Source: Meyerozyma guilliermondii (taxonomy: Eukaryota). Taken from it: a stretch of DNA of 64,000 bases. Of this stretch, positions 20,948-32,322 are shown one piece after another. Position numbers and translations under genes: made by a program. Under the pieces are notes generated by a model. That model saw only the letters and a program-made list of their open reading frames with translations. It did not search any database and was not told the DNA's origin. Where the stretch lies: positions 868,001 through 932,000 of the forward strand of contig CP128820.1 in the NCBI GenBank assembly GCA_051546255.1, written 5' to 3'. Position 1 is the stretch's first letter. Every line of letters begins with the position of its first letter.

Positions 20948-21768
20948 ATGAGGTAAGTTAAAACAGTTTGTATTGAATACTTTAAAGGCCAGTAACTAAC
21001 TCAGTCCACAAATAAAGGCATGTCTTTTCGGTAGGTAACCTTCTAATTCTCAACAATGGCTCCTATATTAACAAAGACATGGACGGCACCCTCCTTAACA
21101 CGGAAGATCTTTACACTGAGTGTGCATCAGAGATCCTTGCTGAGTACGGAAAAGGTCCATTGACCTGGGATGTCAAGATCAAATTGCAAGGACGACCCGG
21201 TCCAGAGGCAAATCGCTTGGTTATAGAGCATTATGAGTTGCCCATTTCACTCGAAGATTACATAGAAAAGTCACTTAAGATTCAGGCTACCAAGTGGCCA
21301 AGAGCCAGATTTCTTCCAGGGGCATTAGAGCTATTGCAATATTTGAAAGAGAAAGATATTCCCATAGCTTTGGGGACCAGCTCTAACAAAATCAATTACC
21401 ATCGCAAGGTGAGTCATTTGTCGCCTGGGTTTGAGATATTCGGAGAACATGTGGTTTTGGGTGACGATACGAGGATACCTCCTGGTAAAGGTAAACCACA
21501 CCCTCATATCTGGTACACATGTCTCGGTAGTCTCAATACTGAAAGGCAAGAAAAGGGTCTTCCACCAATCGCTCCAGAAGAGTGCCTCATATTCGAAGAC
21601 GGGCTCCCAGGTGTGCAATCAGCAATTGCATCAGGGGCAACTGTTATTTGGATCCCAGACAAGAAAGCCATTGAGGTAATGGATGGTAAACACCACGATA
21701 TCATCCGTAACTATGGAGAAGTGTTGCTTAGTCTCGAGCACTTTGACAAAGAAAAATACGGCTTATAA
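20948..21768 (+). CDS. HAD-superfamily phosphatase (HDHD1/YKL033W-A-like); 3 exons (20948-20952, 21005-21030, 21077-21768)
   Basis: Splicing restores HAD motif I (MSPQIKACLFDMDGTLL); also GKGKPHPHI and CLIFEDG. Confidence 0.88.
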
Positions 21769-21973
21769 GAACAATGTTCATATATGGACACGCTTAGACA
21801 TCTATATACTAAATATGGACACTTTTAGAGATCTATACACAAAAAGTACACAATCAATCCACATATCAAGTAGTATATCTCTCATTGAACTCTACGGCAC
21901 TCTTCATTATCACATCCCTGCACCAAATGCCAATTTCCCCACAATACCGAGGTGAGCTCAGGTATTCTTTGGC

Positions 21974-23182
21974 ATGATTTCCTTCTCGTATCCGAGCCCC
22001 AGAGTGTCTCAACTTGATGCAGATATCTTGGATTCCGAGTTAGTATCACTATTGAAACAGCAACTCAGCTCTATATCTCATCTTCATCGCGGGTGGTGGA
22101 CCTATGAACTGCAACCAGAACTTTGGAGTTTGTTGCTCAATTTGGTGGTCTTCCGACTAACTGTGTGGAAAAAGGGGACTTCTTATGGTTTGGGTTTGCA
22201 AAACTTGCAACTTTCTAATTTCAAAAATGGGAAAATTATAGGGTATTCCAAGAGAACAGCTCTTTTAGCAGTCATCATTGGCGATTACTTATTCACAAAG
22301 TTTCAGTCCTATTTGTATTCAGTGGATGAAGCTGACGTTGCCGATGCTGAAAAGTCTTCATTTGCATTATTCGGAACTGTCAAAAGACTCATTTTGACAA
22401 ACAGAACGAAGATCTTGACGTCCGTCAGTTCGTCTTTGCGTGTTCTCAATCTTGTCAATTTCACCTTGTTCTTGATCAGTGGTCGGTATTCGACTTTGAT
22501 ACACCGTGTGTTGGGTATTTCACTTACTCCTGTTGTGAGTGATCTTTTAAAGTTCAACGGAAGTAATGTTAATTTCGAGTTTCAAAATCGTCAATTGGTG
22601 TGGAATACCATGACCGAATTCTTGGTGTTCATCTTGCCTCTCTTACAGTTGAAGAAGTTACGGCGCATGTCATCCAAGATGCTACTTCCATACAGAAAGA
22701 AGGCAAAAAAGAGTCAAGATGAAGAGACCTTCTCCTCTGCTTACAGTAACCTTCCAATATCACAGTGTGCCATCTGTCACAATAATAGTGAAAAGAGAGC
22801 AAGATCACTCGGAAAGACCCCATCCTCACTTTCGAGTTTCCCCATCACGAACCCTCATGTTACCAACTGTGGACATATTTACTGCTACATTTGCATTGCT
22901 ACCAAGTTCAATGCGATCGAAAATAATGATGGAGACGAAGAAGGGTGTCTTAGATGCGGTCTCAAGTTGACTTGGTTCGAAGAATACGGATCCAAGGCTG
23001 GTGATGTTGATGAAGATGCGATTATGGTTATGTACGAAGAAGAGGAACCAGACATGTCAGAAAAGTTGAGCGCTATTAACGAAAGCTCACCAGAAGCTTC
23101 TGATGATTCCAGCGAAGATGAAGACCTGTCTCAATGCAGTGAAGGAGAAGACTTCGGAGCTGACGAGGCGTTCGAACTCTAG
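21974..23182 (+). CDS. PEX2: Peroxin 2, RING E3 ligase
   Basis: PRVSQLDA.ILD.EL, NFEFQNRQLVWN.MTEFL, C-terminal RING CAIC..CGHIYCYIC..CLRCG. Confidence 0.95.
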   Translation: MISFSYPSPRVSQLDADILDSELVSLLKQQLSSISHLHRGWWTYELQPELWSLLLNLVVFRLTVWKKGTSYGLGLQNLQLSNFKNGKIIGYSKRTALLAVIIGDYLFTKFQSYLYSVDEADVADAEKSSFALFGTVKRLILTNRTKILTSVSSSLRVLNLVNFTLFLISGRYSTLIHRVLGISLTPVVSDLLKFNGSNVNFEFQNRQLVWNTMTEFLVFILPLLQLKKLRRMSSKMLLPYRKKAKKSQDEETFSSAYSNLPISQCAICHNNSEKRARSLGKTPSSLSSFPITNPHVTNCGHIYCYICIATKFNAIENNDGDEEGCLRCGLKLTWFEEYGSKAGDVDEDAIMVMYEEEEPDMSEKLSAINESSPEASDDSSEDEDLSQCSEGEDFGADEAFEL

Positions 23183-23217
23183 GCGACAAATTAATTTATA
23201 TAATGTACAATGCTATT

Positions 23218-25269
23218 CTAATTGATAAGCTTCACTAACAATTGCGCACCTTTGTTGTCTCTATCTTCCACCAACTGCTTTCTCACCTTCTTCAAGCTTG
23301 CCTTGAGGTCCTTAAACTTACTGTCCTTCAGTTGTTGCAAGACTTCATAACTCGATACAAGAACAAACGAGCCTTGACCACGAGACCAATCAACAAGAGC
23401 GTCATTAGCCAACACATGTTCAACAATTCTTGTAGCAAGTTCAGGACCCACGCCCGATATCTTGACACAATCCTTGTTAGTGGTCAATTTCTTCTTTTCA
23501 TTGTCCCATTTGAACTCATTGCCTTGAATCAATGCCTTCAAGGATCTTGAGATGAAAGGCACCTTATTGATCAAGTGGTAGTCTTCCAAAATATCACCCT
23601 CGACACAGGCTGCAAATATAGCATCTATGAGCTTGGGACGCAAATTTGTGTTGATTTCATCGTTCTCTGAGGTTGTAAGAATAATTTCTGTCATAGTTTG
23701 TGCGGCCATGTTGGAGGATAATATGGAATCAAAACTTCCCGAGTCAACGGTGGCAAGAATTGTAGAATATAACAATGGCAACGCCTTCTCAGAAAGCTCC
23801 ATCCTTCTTTGTTCTTGTGGCTTTTTCGAAGTCTTTTCATATGCAAGAGCTTCATACTTTTTTAAATCTTTTTGAACGAGCGGTGAAAAATATCTTCCAT
23901 CAAGGCCCTTCAACAAGTAGAGAAAAGGACGTCTGGCAAATTTGTCACCCAACAAAGAAGCTATGTCTTCCTCGTTAATGAGTTCAGCCGTGAACGCTTT
24001 ATGCAAAAGAACCGTATCGTCGACAGACATGAAGAGTGTGATGAGAACTATGTTACCATATTCATTTTTCACCAATTCCTTTCCATGAGCCTTCAACGAC
24101 TTGATTATAACTTTCCTCTCTTTTGCATTTGCAAGAGCAATTAATGATGCAGCAACCTCACAACCTTCTTGGGTGTGAACCAATTCAGCAAATTGTTCCG
24201 CAAGCAAGTCAATGAAAGTTCTGATATCCGAGTCGTATTTTTCCACATCAGACACTAACACGCTAATGTAATCCTTCATTGCGGCGTGCAAGATTTGAAA
24301 ACCAGTAGATCCTTTGTCTACGGCTGCGGTGATTGTTCCGATCAAGTTTGTCATGATTAACTGTCTTTTTTCGGCCAGCTCATTCACCACGTCGAGTATA
24401 GTCTTACCCTTTCCTGAGTCCCTGAACACAGCGTATTCAGAGCCCCAGAACTCTCTGATCATTTGTTGTTTCTGCTCGTTGGTAGAGTACAAGACGTACA
24501 AATCTTCCACAACGTAGGCTCCTTCTTTGTGTCTCATGAGTTTACGAAGCTTTCCGTGCAATTCATTGACAATGAGAGCGCGAGATTCTTTGCTGCCGTA
24601 GTGGAGAAGTTTGACCAACAAGTACTTACCGTATGACGAAGTTGCCAATTGATAGTAGTTTCCTTCAAGAGACTTCACAATGACGTCTCTCCTTTCCTTG
24701 GAAGCATACTTGACCAAGGTCTGAACCACTCTTGAAGCGTCGTGCTTCATAACCAAGTCGAGAACTATATCTTGAGCCAAGTTCCAAATTTCATTGGTCA
24801 ACTTTTCACGAACTTCTTTGGGAGGTGCTGGTTTCTTAACTCTCAATTTTTCCCACAAGCTTTTGATCTGTTGGACCTCGGCACCAGACTTTCTTTGCAT
24901 TTTACGCTCTGCAAGCAATTTACGCTGTTCTGCGTGTTGTTCCTTTGATGACTTCTTATTAGGGTCGACCTCGCTGCTTTCTTCATCTTCGTCATTGTCG
25001 CCATTTTGCCTGTCTTCCTCGTCCAGATCATCATTGCTATTATCAGCCTTATCCTCAGAATCATCCTGGTCATCAGAATTGTCTAATTCATCGGACTCTT
25101 CTTCACTTTCGACATCATCAGGATCGTCTTCGGAGCTGCTTTCTTCCAGTACACTCGATTCCTCCTCACTTTCTGGCTCCACGGGCTTTTCAGCAGTTTT
25201 AGCCTTCTTGCTTTTGCCGTTGGAGTGACTCTCGGACGCCCTTTTTGCCGTTTGTGCCTTGGACCCCAT
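23218..25269 (-). CDS. PUF6: Pumilio-homology ribosome biogenesis factor Puf6
   Basis: Acidic N-terminus, QIKSLWEKLRVK, DLVMKHDASRVVQTLVKY. Confidence 0.93.
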   Translation of the reverse strand: MGSKAQTAKRASESHSNGKSKKAKTAEKPVEPESEEESSVLEESSSEDDPDDVESEEESDELDNSDDQDDSEDKADNSNDDLDEEDRQNGDNDEDEESSEVDPNKKSSKEQHAEQRKLLAERKMQRKSGAEVQQIKSLWEKLRVKKPAPPKEVREKLTNEIWNLAQDIVLDLVMKHDASRVVQTLVKYASKERRDVIVKSLEGNYYQLATSSYGKYLLVKLLHYGSKESRALIVNELHGKLRKLMRHKEGAYVVEDLYVLYSTNEQKQQMIREFWGSEYAVFRDSGKGKTILDVVNELAEKRQLIMTNLIGTITAAVDKGSTGFQILHAAMKDYISVLVSDVEKYDSDIRTFIDLLAEQFAELVHTQEGCEVAASLIALANAKERKVIIKSLKAHGKELVKNEYGNIVLITLFMSVDDTVLLHKAFTAELINEEDIASLLGDKFARRPFLYLLKGLDGRYFSPLVQKDLKKYEALAYEKTSKKPQEQRRMELSEKALPLLYSTILATVDSGSFDSILSSNMAAQTMTEIILTTSENDEINTNLRPKLIDAIFAACVEGDILEDYHLINKVPFISRSLKALIQGNEFKWDNEKKKLTTNKDCVKISGVGPELATRIVEHVLANDALVDWSRGQGSFVLVSSYEVLQQLKDSKFKDLKASLKKVRKQLVEDRDNKGAQLLVKLIN

Positions 25270-25302
25270 TACAACTGTTGTAGCGATCTAGCGGTTTGGT
25301 GC

Positions 25303-25330
25303 GCGATGAGGTAGATGGCCCGAAATTTTC
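25303..25330. promoter_or_regulatory. PAC (GCGATGAG) and RRPE-like (GAAATTTTC) elements in the PUF6/TRX3 divergent promoter
   Basis: GCGATGAG 25303-25310; GAAATTTTC 25322-25330. Confidence 0.7.
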
Positions 25331-25444
25331 AGGCTACGGCGATGACATAATAGTGCGGAGGGCACAGAAAGAGTTCCTGCAGGTAACAGCAGCTTACAAA
25401 ACCACTGGACTAAAGCCCGAGTTTATAATCACATACCTTTAACG

Positions 25445-25894
25445 ATGTTTTCATTAAAAGCAATCAGAACATCCAGACCAGTATTTAGGAACACAAATGT
25501 CTGGGCTTCTCCCGTGAAATTCACTCCTATGCGGTTCTATTCAGCAGCACATTCAGGATCTGTCAAAGAATTGACCGAGCTTGCGGGTTTCTTCGACTTT
25601 ATCAAAAAAGAAAATGTGTCTGTTGTTGACTTCTACGCTACTTGGTGCGGTCCATGTAAGGCATTGGAGCCTATTTACAACATGTTTGCGGAGAGAATTC
25701 CTGAAGTACAATTCGGAAGAGTAGACGTAGACGAAGCCCAGGACATTGCTACTGAGTATGCGATTTCGGCTATGCCCACATGTTTGATTTTCAAAGATGG
25801 CGAGAATGTCGGGAAGATCGTGGGCGCAGATCCACATAAGCTTCTTGAAATGATCCAAGAACATGCCAATGTTGATTTGAAGTCGATAAGGTAG
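25445..25894 (+). CDS. TRX3: Mitochondrial thioredoxin
   Basis: Arg/Ser-rich presequence, WCGPC active site. Confidence 0.85.
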   Translation: MFSLKAIRTSRPVFRNTNVWASPVKFTPMRFYSAAHSGSVKELTELAGFFDFIKKENVSVVDFYATWCGPCKALEPIYNMFAERIPEVQFGRVDVDEAQDIATEYAISAMPTCLIFKDGENVGKIVGADPHKLLEMIQEHANVDLKSIR

Positions 25895-26116
25895 ATGAAA
25901 TCATTCAACGAAAACCTCAAGCCTCACTGGATGCAAAACCTAGGATTGCTTGAGTCGATAAAGTGAATGATATATGTATATAGAACTGGAATTAAAGCAG
26001 AACAAGCTCAAAAATCCAATTCGTAGAACTCTTTGCTCCCACTTGCTCAACAGTTTCAGCTCTATTGCAGCCTTGATATATATGCACCCATACACCAGTC
26101 CGTCTCACAAACCAAA

Positions 26117-26124
26117 GGTGGCGA
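26117..26124 (+). promoter_or_regulatory. Rpn4/PACE-like element
   Basis: GGTGGCGA ~45 bp upstream of the RPT2 ATG. Confidence 0.6.
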
Positions 26125-26167
26125 TCGCGAGTAGTCGACTACTAGTACTTCACTCGATCAATTTATC

Positions 26168-27542
26168 ATGGTATGTATTATTTTTCACAGACGCTAACTG
26201 CACCAGATTACTAACCCAGGGTCAAGGTCCATCCGGCATGCCTGGAGGCGAAGGCTTCGGTAAAAAGAAAGACGACAAGAAGAAGGAGAAACCTAAATAT
26301 GAACCACCTGTCGAGTCCAAATTCGGAAAGAAAAGAAGAAAGGGTCCGGACACAGCGGTGAAACTTCCAAGCGTTTACCCCAATACTCGCTGTAAGTTGA
26401 AGTTGTTGAAACTTGAACGAATCAAGGATCATTTATTGTTGGAAGAAGAGTATGTTACCAACCAAGAAGCGTTCCAACCCACAGAGGCGAAACAAGTTGA
26501 AGAAAGAGAGAAGGTGGACGATCTTCGTGGCTATCCAATGTCTATCGGTACTTTGGAGGAGATTATAGATGACGATCATGCCATTGTGTCCAGCACTGCA
26601 GGTTCGGAGTACTATGTGAGCATCATGTCATTTGTGGATAAAGGCTTGTTAGAGCCCAGTTGTTCAGTGTTATTACACCACAAGACGGTGTCGATTGTAG
26701 GTGTCCTTCAAGACGATGCTGATCCTATGGTATCTGTCATGAAACTCGACAAGTCTCCGACCGAGTCATACGCCGACATTGGTGGACTCGAAGCACAAAT
26801 CCAAGAGATCAAGGAATCGGTCGAGTTGCCGTTGACGCATCCCGAATTATATGAAGAAATGGGAATTAAACCACCAAAGGGTGTGATTCTTTACGGTGCT
26901 CCCGGTACCGGTAAGACGTTATTGGCGAAGGCTGTAGCGAACCAAACGAGTGCCACATTCTTGCGTATTGTGGGATCAGAATTGATTCAGAAATACTTGG
27001 GTGACGGTCCAAGGTTATGTCGACAAATTTTCCAAATCGCAGCAGAACATGCTCCCTCTATCGTGTTTATCGACGAGATTGATGCCATCGGTAGTAAACG
27101 TTATGAATCGTCTTCAGGTGGTGAACGTGAAATTCAAAGAACCATGTTGGAACTTTTGAATCAATTGGATGGTTTCGACGACCGTGGAGATATCAAGGTA
27201 ATCATGGCAACCAATAAGATCGAATCATTGGATCCCGCCTTGATTCGTCCTGGAAGAATCGACAGAAAAATCTTATTCGAGAATCCTGATTCAAATACCA
27301 AAAGAAAGATCTTGACGATCCACACATCAAAAATGAGCTTGGCTGATGATGTAAACCTTGAAGAGTTGGTCACTTCGAAGGATGATTTATCAGGCGCTGA
27401 TATCAAGGCAATGTGCACAGAGGCCGGATTGTTGGCTTTGAGAGAAAGAAGAATGCAAGTCAAAGCCGATGACTTTAAAGCTGCGAAGGAAAGAGTATTG
27501 AAGAACAAGGTGGAGGAGAACCTTGAAGGGTTGTATTTGTAG
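26168..27542 (+). CDS. RPT2: 26S proteasome AAA ATPase Rpt2; exon 1 is only the ATG, intron 26171-26219
   Basis: ATG|GTATGT...TACTAACCCAG|GGTCAAGGT gives MGQG; Walker [10 protein letters not shown]-terminus LEGLYL. Confidence 0.96.
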
Positions 27543-27585
27543 AGAGTATAGCGATACTTCCAAATTAAACATTATCATTTACTAA

Positions 27586-28359
27586 CTAATCGCGTCTGGA
27601 TTCCAAAATACGAAGGATGTACAAGAACACATTTACGATATCCAAGTATAACGTGATGGTGGCGATGATCTCATCGTCCAAGTGAGCTGTCTTCATGATC
27701 TGTTGAGTATCGATGACGATGTATAAGCTGAAAACTGCCACTCCGAAGATGCCGTAGATCATTTCCATACCCTTCGACTGAGATGGGAAGAACATGAACA
27801 TAAACCCCCAACCGATCAAGAGCCATACGCCCATAGAGGCAAAACCTTGCCAACTAATGAAATCGTATTTGGTCTGGAACGCAAAGAGAGTTAATCCAAT
27901 AAACACAATCATCGTCAAGAAGAGCGCCTGGATGAGCACATCTGTCTCGACCAACGAGCAGACAACACCCAAAGTGTAAGCCTCAAGTAACGTGAAGCCA
28001 GATAACAAAACAAGATTAATTGGGTATGACCTAGCCTTGAAATGCGTGGCAATTAAAAACCCAATTGAACCGACCATGGAAATGAAGAACAACCACATAT
28101 TGCTGAGACACCATTGGGTGATTTTTTCATTGGAACGAATAATCAAGCCAACGATCACAGTGGCGATAATTTGAAGTGTCAATAAAGAGTAGACTTTTCT
28201 GATGAACATTTGACGAACTGGTAATTCGCAAGATGCAACATCTACCGAGTACTTGAAGTCATCAGGAACGTTGTCGCCCTCCGTTCTGGGCACAGATTCT
28301 TGCTCATACACGGGAGGAGCGCCTGTGGGCTCGGATCCGGAAACTGGTTGGTAAGACAT
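27586..28359 (-). CDS. BXI1: Bax inhibitor-1/TMBIM family protein
   Basis: RQMFIRKVYSLL, multiple TM helices, DTQQIM..DDEI.ATITLYLDIVN. Confidence 0.9.
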   Translation of the reverse strand: MSYQPVSGSEPTGAPPVYEQESVPRTEGDNVPDDFKYSVDVASCELPVRQMFIRKVYSLLTLQIIATVIVGLIIRSNEKITQWCLSNMWLFFISMVGSIGFLIATHFKARSYPINLVLLSGFTLLEAYTLGVVCSLVETDVLIQALFLTMIVFIGLTLFAFQTKYDFISWQGFASMGVWLLIGWGFMFMFFPSQSKGMEMIYGIFGVAVFSLYIVIDTQQIMKTAHLDDEIIATITLYLDIVNVFLYILRILESRRD

Positions 28360-28560
28360 GCTGAAGGTAACGGAGTGTCATGCCAAATTTATGGGGTGCT
28401 ACTGGTGTACTGGTGTACACAAACACGTACCACTTTCCCTAAGCAAAAAACTGATAGAGTATAAGGGTAAGCAGAGGCCTGGATACGGAGGTGTCAGGAA
28501 TAAACAAAGCGGAGCCTTTCTAGGATCGTCTTTAGGATCGTCTTTGAAAGGGTTTTCTCT

Positions 28561-28998
28561 TCAACTATTTTCGGAAATGAGGCGGTTGTCAGTTGCCTCG
28601 TGGTCCGGTTCTAGCTCTTCTGGATCCGGCGGAAGCACCAGCGCATGGGCAGGTTTCATCCGAAGCACCATGGTGTCCTTGAAATTGACTTTCATACGGC
28701 ATAGTGGACACAATCCCACTCCGTGTCTTGCAGTTTGACCGCGGGCAGTGGAACTCGAAACACTCTGTTGTAAGCATTCAAGACAAAAAACGTGACCACA
28801 GGGGGTAGCTGTTGCGGTGGTGATTGTATCAAAGCATATAGGGCACTCTAGGTTGTGCAACGCTTTTGTTTTTGATTCTTGTTGAGGATTATTTAGGAGG
28901 TCTTGGGTTTCACGCTGGAAGTCGACAACTTCAACGTCGCCGGAATCTTCATCGGACGAGTCTAGGGTTATCACGTACTCCGGAGTGGGCGAAGGCAT
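28561..28998 (-). CDS. Small C3HC4 RING protein with SUMO-interacting motifs (RNF4/Slx8/Rfp-like)
   Basis: YVITLDSSDED and DVEVVD SIM-like motifs; CPIC..CGHVFCLEC..CPLCR. Confidence 0.78.
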   Translation of the reverse strand: MPSPTPEYVITLDSSDEDSGDVEVVDFQRETQDLLNNPQQESKTKALHNLECPICFDTITTATATPCGHVFCLECLQQSVSSSTARGQTARHGVGLCPLCRMKVNFKDTMVLRMKPAHALVLPPDPEELEPDHEATDNRLISENS

Positions 28999-29760
28999 GA
29001 ATTTAACAGCCAGCGGAGAGAAAAAAACCAGCGAAAGGCGTGTTTTTTGTGGATGCAAAATGAAGTGAAGGCAACAGAATCAAAAAGACTGCAGACGACG
29101 AGTGCGATGAATCTGGCGGGTGTGCAGGAACAGAATCAGGGACCTCTGGCGACGAATGCGAGGACGCATCGAAGCCGAAGCCTCGTGCGCACGTGACATG
29201 CAGGGCGGCCGAGGAAGGGAGGGTTTGGAATTGGATGAAAAGCGGCTATAATGGCAATTGGGAACAAGGCGCAGAAGAGAGAGCTAATTGGTTTTTACAA
29301 TAGTCTAGTATGTGAGGTTTTTTTTTAAAAAAGTGTTTTATTTTCCAGTCCCCGTTCATCCTTGCTCGGTCTTACAGTTGCCGCACCTAACCGGAACAGA
29401 TAAGGCAGGTCCGGTTGAAGGTGCGAAAAGCAAACTCTTTCACCTTGAGCTTTTACGCACAAATTTCAACACAAAACCGCCATATCATCAATATAGCATC
29501 AATTGCCCCATAGTATTTCATTGCCTGATTCTTAGGCCGCCATCAACTCCCCCGCCGTGCCAGCCGTAACATGAGCCCATATTATCGTCATGTGACCTGC
29601 TGAAATGCTCGGTACGCGCACGACGGCGCTGGTGTCCCTCCCCGAGAACTGTGGGTGTTTGTTGCGCCAGATATAAATCTACAAACTCCACCTACATCGG
29701 TTTACAAGGTATTGACACGTCCAAAAGAGTCTTCTTTGTACTGGTGACATCTGCGTACGC

Positions 29761-32061
29761 ATGAAACCCGACCATAACAATCCACTTGCTGTGGTTCTAC
29801 CATACAATTTCACCAATGGAAATGAATATCCAACAGAGGTGTTAGCGGCACGTTTCCTGGCTTGGAGAGTGGTGCTCAAGGATATCGTGACTTATCTCCG
29901 GGAATATGCTAATGTGCAAGAAGAAATTGTCAGGCAGCAGATGCGGTTACAACAGGCTGTCGGCCAGTCGGTCGGCTTGTCCACCGGTTCTGGTCACGAG
30001 AAAAACCACACAAATTCAACCCATGGCGGCCAGGATCTGATGAATACATTCTTTCTTCCTCTCGGTAACGGCTCGGTTCAAGATATACCTGGAGTATTGA
30101 CGAAATACCACCTGCAAAATGTTGCAAACTCTTCCAAGACCCTCAAAGAACTCAACCAGGTTATTATTCCCAAACTCGACGAATTGCGTCGGGACCTCTT
30201 GGTGAAGATCAAGGAAATCAAGAACTTGCACAACGACTTTAAGACCAATTTGGGCAAGGAACTCGCGGAAACGAAGCACCTTTATGCTCAGTATATCCAG
30301 AACATCGAACTCTCCAATAAGCTTGAACATGGCTCGCACCCAGCAGCCCCAATACAGCACGAGGGCGAGCATGGAAAATTGGACCCATACTTGGCGAAAA
30401 TGAAACTCGACCGCCAGTTGAAGAGACAACTCGTGGAGGAAAACTACTTGTACGAGGCTTACTCCAACTTACAGGGTGCAGGCGGAAAACTCGAGTCAAT
30501 TGTGGTTCTCGAGATCCAAAACTACCTTCTGTCGTTCTTGGGACTCATTGATGTGGAACACTCAACGTTGGACAAAATCTTGTTTCCTGGCATCCGAGAC
30601 GGATTTCTTTCCAAAGAGTCCACTTTTGAATGGGACTCATTCATCAACAGAAACCTTCCTTCCAACTCTGCGTCTGTTTCTGCCGTTGGCAACAATCCCA
30701 GTGGAGCCATTTCTGGAACTTTTATTGATCTCACCTTCCCTGCGAGAAAGTTTCACGACATCGCAATTCCCCATGCCGAGTCTGCTCTTAACGTTGCCGT
30801 GCGCGAGGGAAAGCTCGAGCGTCGTTCAAAGTACTTGAAGTCATACTCAAGCAGCTGGTACGTTTTGACATGCAGCTTTATCCATGAATTCAAGACACCT
30901 GATCGGAAAAAGGACATGCAACCAGTTTTGTCATTGCTGTTAGACACTTGTCAAGTGACCGACCACTCCAGAGATGATGGTAAGAGTGATGGTTTTTACA
31001 AGTTTGTTCTTACATCCAAGCTGACCAGTGGTCCATTCCATCGTAGCCACAATCTAGTCTTCAGAACGAACACCTACAAGGAGATGATTGATTGGTACAA
31101 CGATATTAAAGCTTTGACAAGTCTTCCCACACCAGCATCTCGTGCACGCTATATTGCCAAGCGGTTAAAGCTTCTGGACAAGAACAAATTATCGAGAACC
31201 GCGAGCTTAGTCTCCAATGGCACTAACACGAAGTCGATCAAGACGGTGACGACAAACCAATCTAGAGCAGCTACCGAAAGATCGAAAGCGGCCTCTACAA
31301 GGTCAAAAGCAGCATCACCGGCAGCATCACAGGCAACATCAGGTATAAACAACCGCCTCTCTTCGACGTTCTCGCTGAAGAATGCCAACTCGCCTCGTTT
31401 GCCCAACATGATTAACTCGGATGGAACCATCATCACTCCAGTTGAGACCTATCAGGATGAGAGAGTTAGACAGCAACAAAAGCACGGTGATGACTCTAGT
31501 CTTCATCCTCAACAACAATATGTCCAACCTGGGTTCCAAGGTGGCTATATCATCGCATCACCAGGAGCGGCTCCACATCAGTTCTACGATCCTGTCCAGC
31601 AGCAGTACTACACCATTACTCCAGCCCAACCCAACTCGGCCCAAGGTCAACCACCATCTCAGCCACAACCACAATACTTTCCCACGTCACCTCAATTGAG
31701 TGTCCAACAACAATTTATTCCTGTTCCTCAGACCCAAGGAATGCATTCTCCTATGGGTTTCCCCCAAGGACAATTCCCTCATTATCCTCAGCAAACGTAT
31801 AGTGATGGTACTACTTGGGGAGGCCAACTTCCTTACCCACACCAGAATGATAACTCTGAGTTAGAGTCACAGGTTTCAGCCTTCCCACCTCAAGAGCCTG
31901 AGAAAGGTGCAAACGCAGAAAAGGATGAGCAAGAGGAAGAAATGAACGACACCACCATCCAGCCTTCAGGAAACGAAAACGAGGGAGATGACGTTGAAAC
32001 GTTGGAGACTAAAAAGACAGAGGAATTACAAGATGGCGTAAAAAATGTGTCCCTTACATGA
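29761..32061 (+). CDS. SLM1: Slm1/Slm2-family BAR-PH domain protein
   Basis: PTEVLAARF(S)AWR..QEEIVRQQ; PH domain GKLERRSKYLKSYS..YVLT..FIHEFK. Confidence 0.82.
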   Translation: MKPDHNNPLAVVLPYNFTNGNEYPTEVLAARFLAWRVVLKDIVTYLREYANVQEEIVRQQMRLQQAVGQSVGLSTGSGHEKNHTNSTHGGQDLMNTFFLPLGNGSVQDIPGVLTKYHLQNVANSSKTLKELNQVIIPKLDELRRDLLVKIKEIKNLHNDFKTNLGKELAETKHLYAQYIQNIELSNKLEHGSHPAAPIQHEGEHGKLDPYLAKMKLDRQLKRQLVEENYLYEAYSNLQGAGGKLESIVVLEIQNYLLSFLGLIDVEHSTLDKILFPGIRDGFLSKESTFEWDSFINRNLPSNSASVSAVGNNPSGAISGTFIDLTFPARKFHDIAIPHAESALNVAVREGKLERRSKYLKSYSSSWYVLTCSFIHEFKTPDRKKDMQPVLSLLLDTCQVTDHSRDDGKSDGFYKFVLTSKLTSGPFHRSHNLVFRTNTYKEMIDWYNDIKALTSLPTPASRARYIAKRLKLLDKNKLSRTASLVSNGTNTKSIKTVTTNQSRAATERSKAASTRSKAASPAASQATSGINNRLSSTFSLKNANSPRLPNMINSDGTIITPVETYQDERVRQQQKHGDDSSLHPQQQYVQPGFQGGYIIASPGAAPHQFYDPVQQQYYTITPAQPNSAQGQPPSQPQPQYFPTSPQLSVQQQFIPVPQTQGMHSPMGFPQGQFPHYPQQTYSDGTTWGGQLPYPHQNDNSELESQVSAFPPQEPEKGANAEKDEQEEEMNDTTIQPSGNENEGDDVETLETKKTEELQDGVKNVSLT

Positions 32062-32322
32062 AAATCGTGCCGGGGTCACTCTAGCATTGTATACTAGCAT
32101 GTTTGAATGTTGTATTAGTTATTAAGTCAAGTAGACAGACTCAATTGGGTAAAGTTGTAGGTGAGACAATCCTGAAGTACTGCAATTAAACGAACTCCAT
32201 TCACAGTGATTAGACTTTTCGATGAAAGACCGATAGTTGTTCTAGTTTCTTACCGTTCTTCACCTTCCTTCCCTTTCCTACAGTCCTACACCTTACACCG
32301 TCAATACTGTATTATTAGTACA

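Noticed and set aside
25974..26167. ORF-track N-terminal extension of RPT2 (likewise 13937, 29058, 36160, 37840, 48607, 49678, 52379, 60372)
   Set aside because: These read through promoter or intron sequence, or start at TTG/GTG; conserved N-termini begin at the downstream or spliced ATGs
32100..32320. Possible snoRNA between SLM1 and RPL23
   Set aside because: No convincing paired C/D boxes, terminal stem or recognisable rRNA guide; no tRNA or rRNA could be supported anywhere in the window
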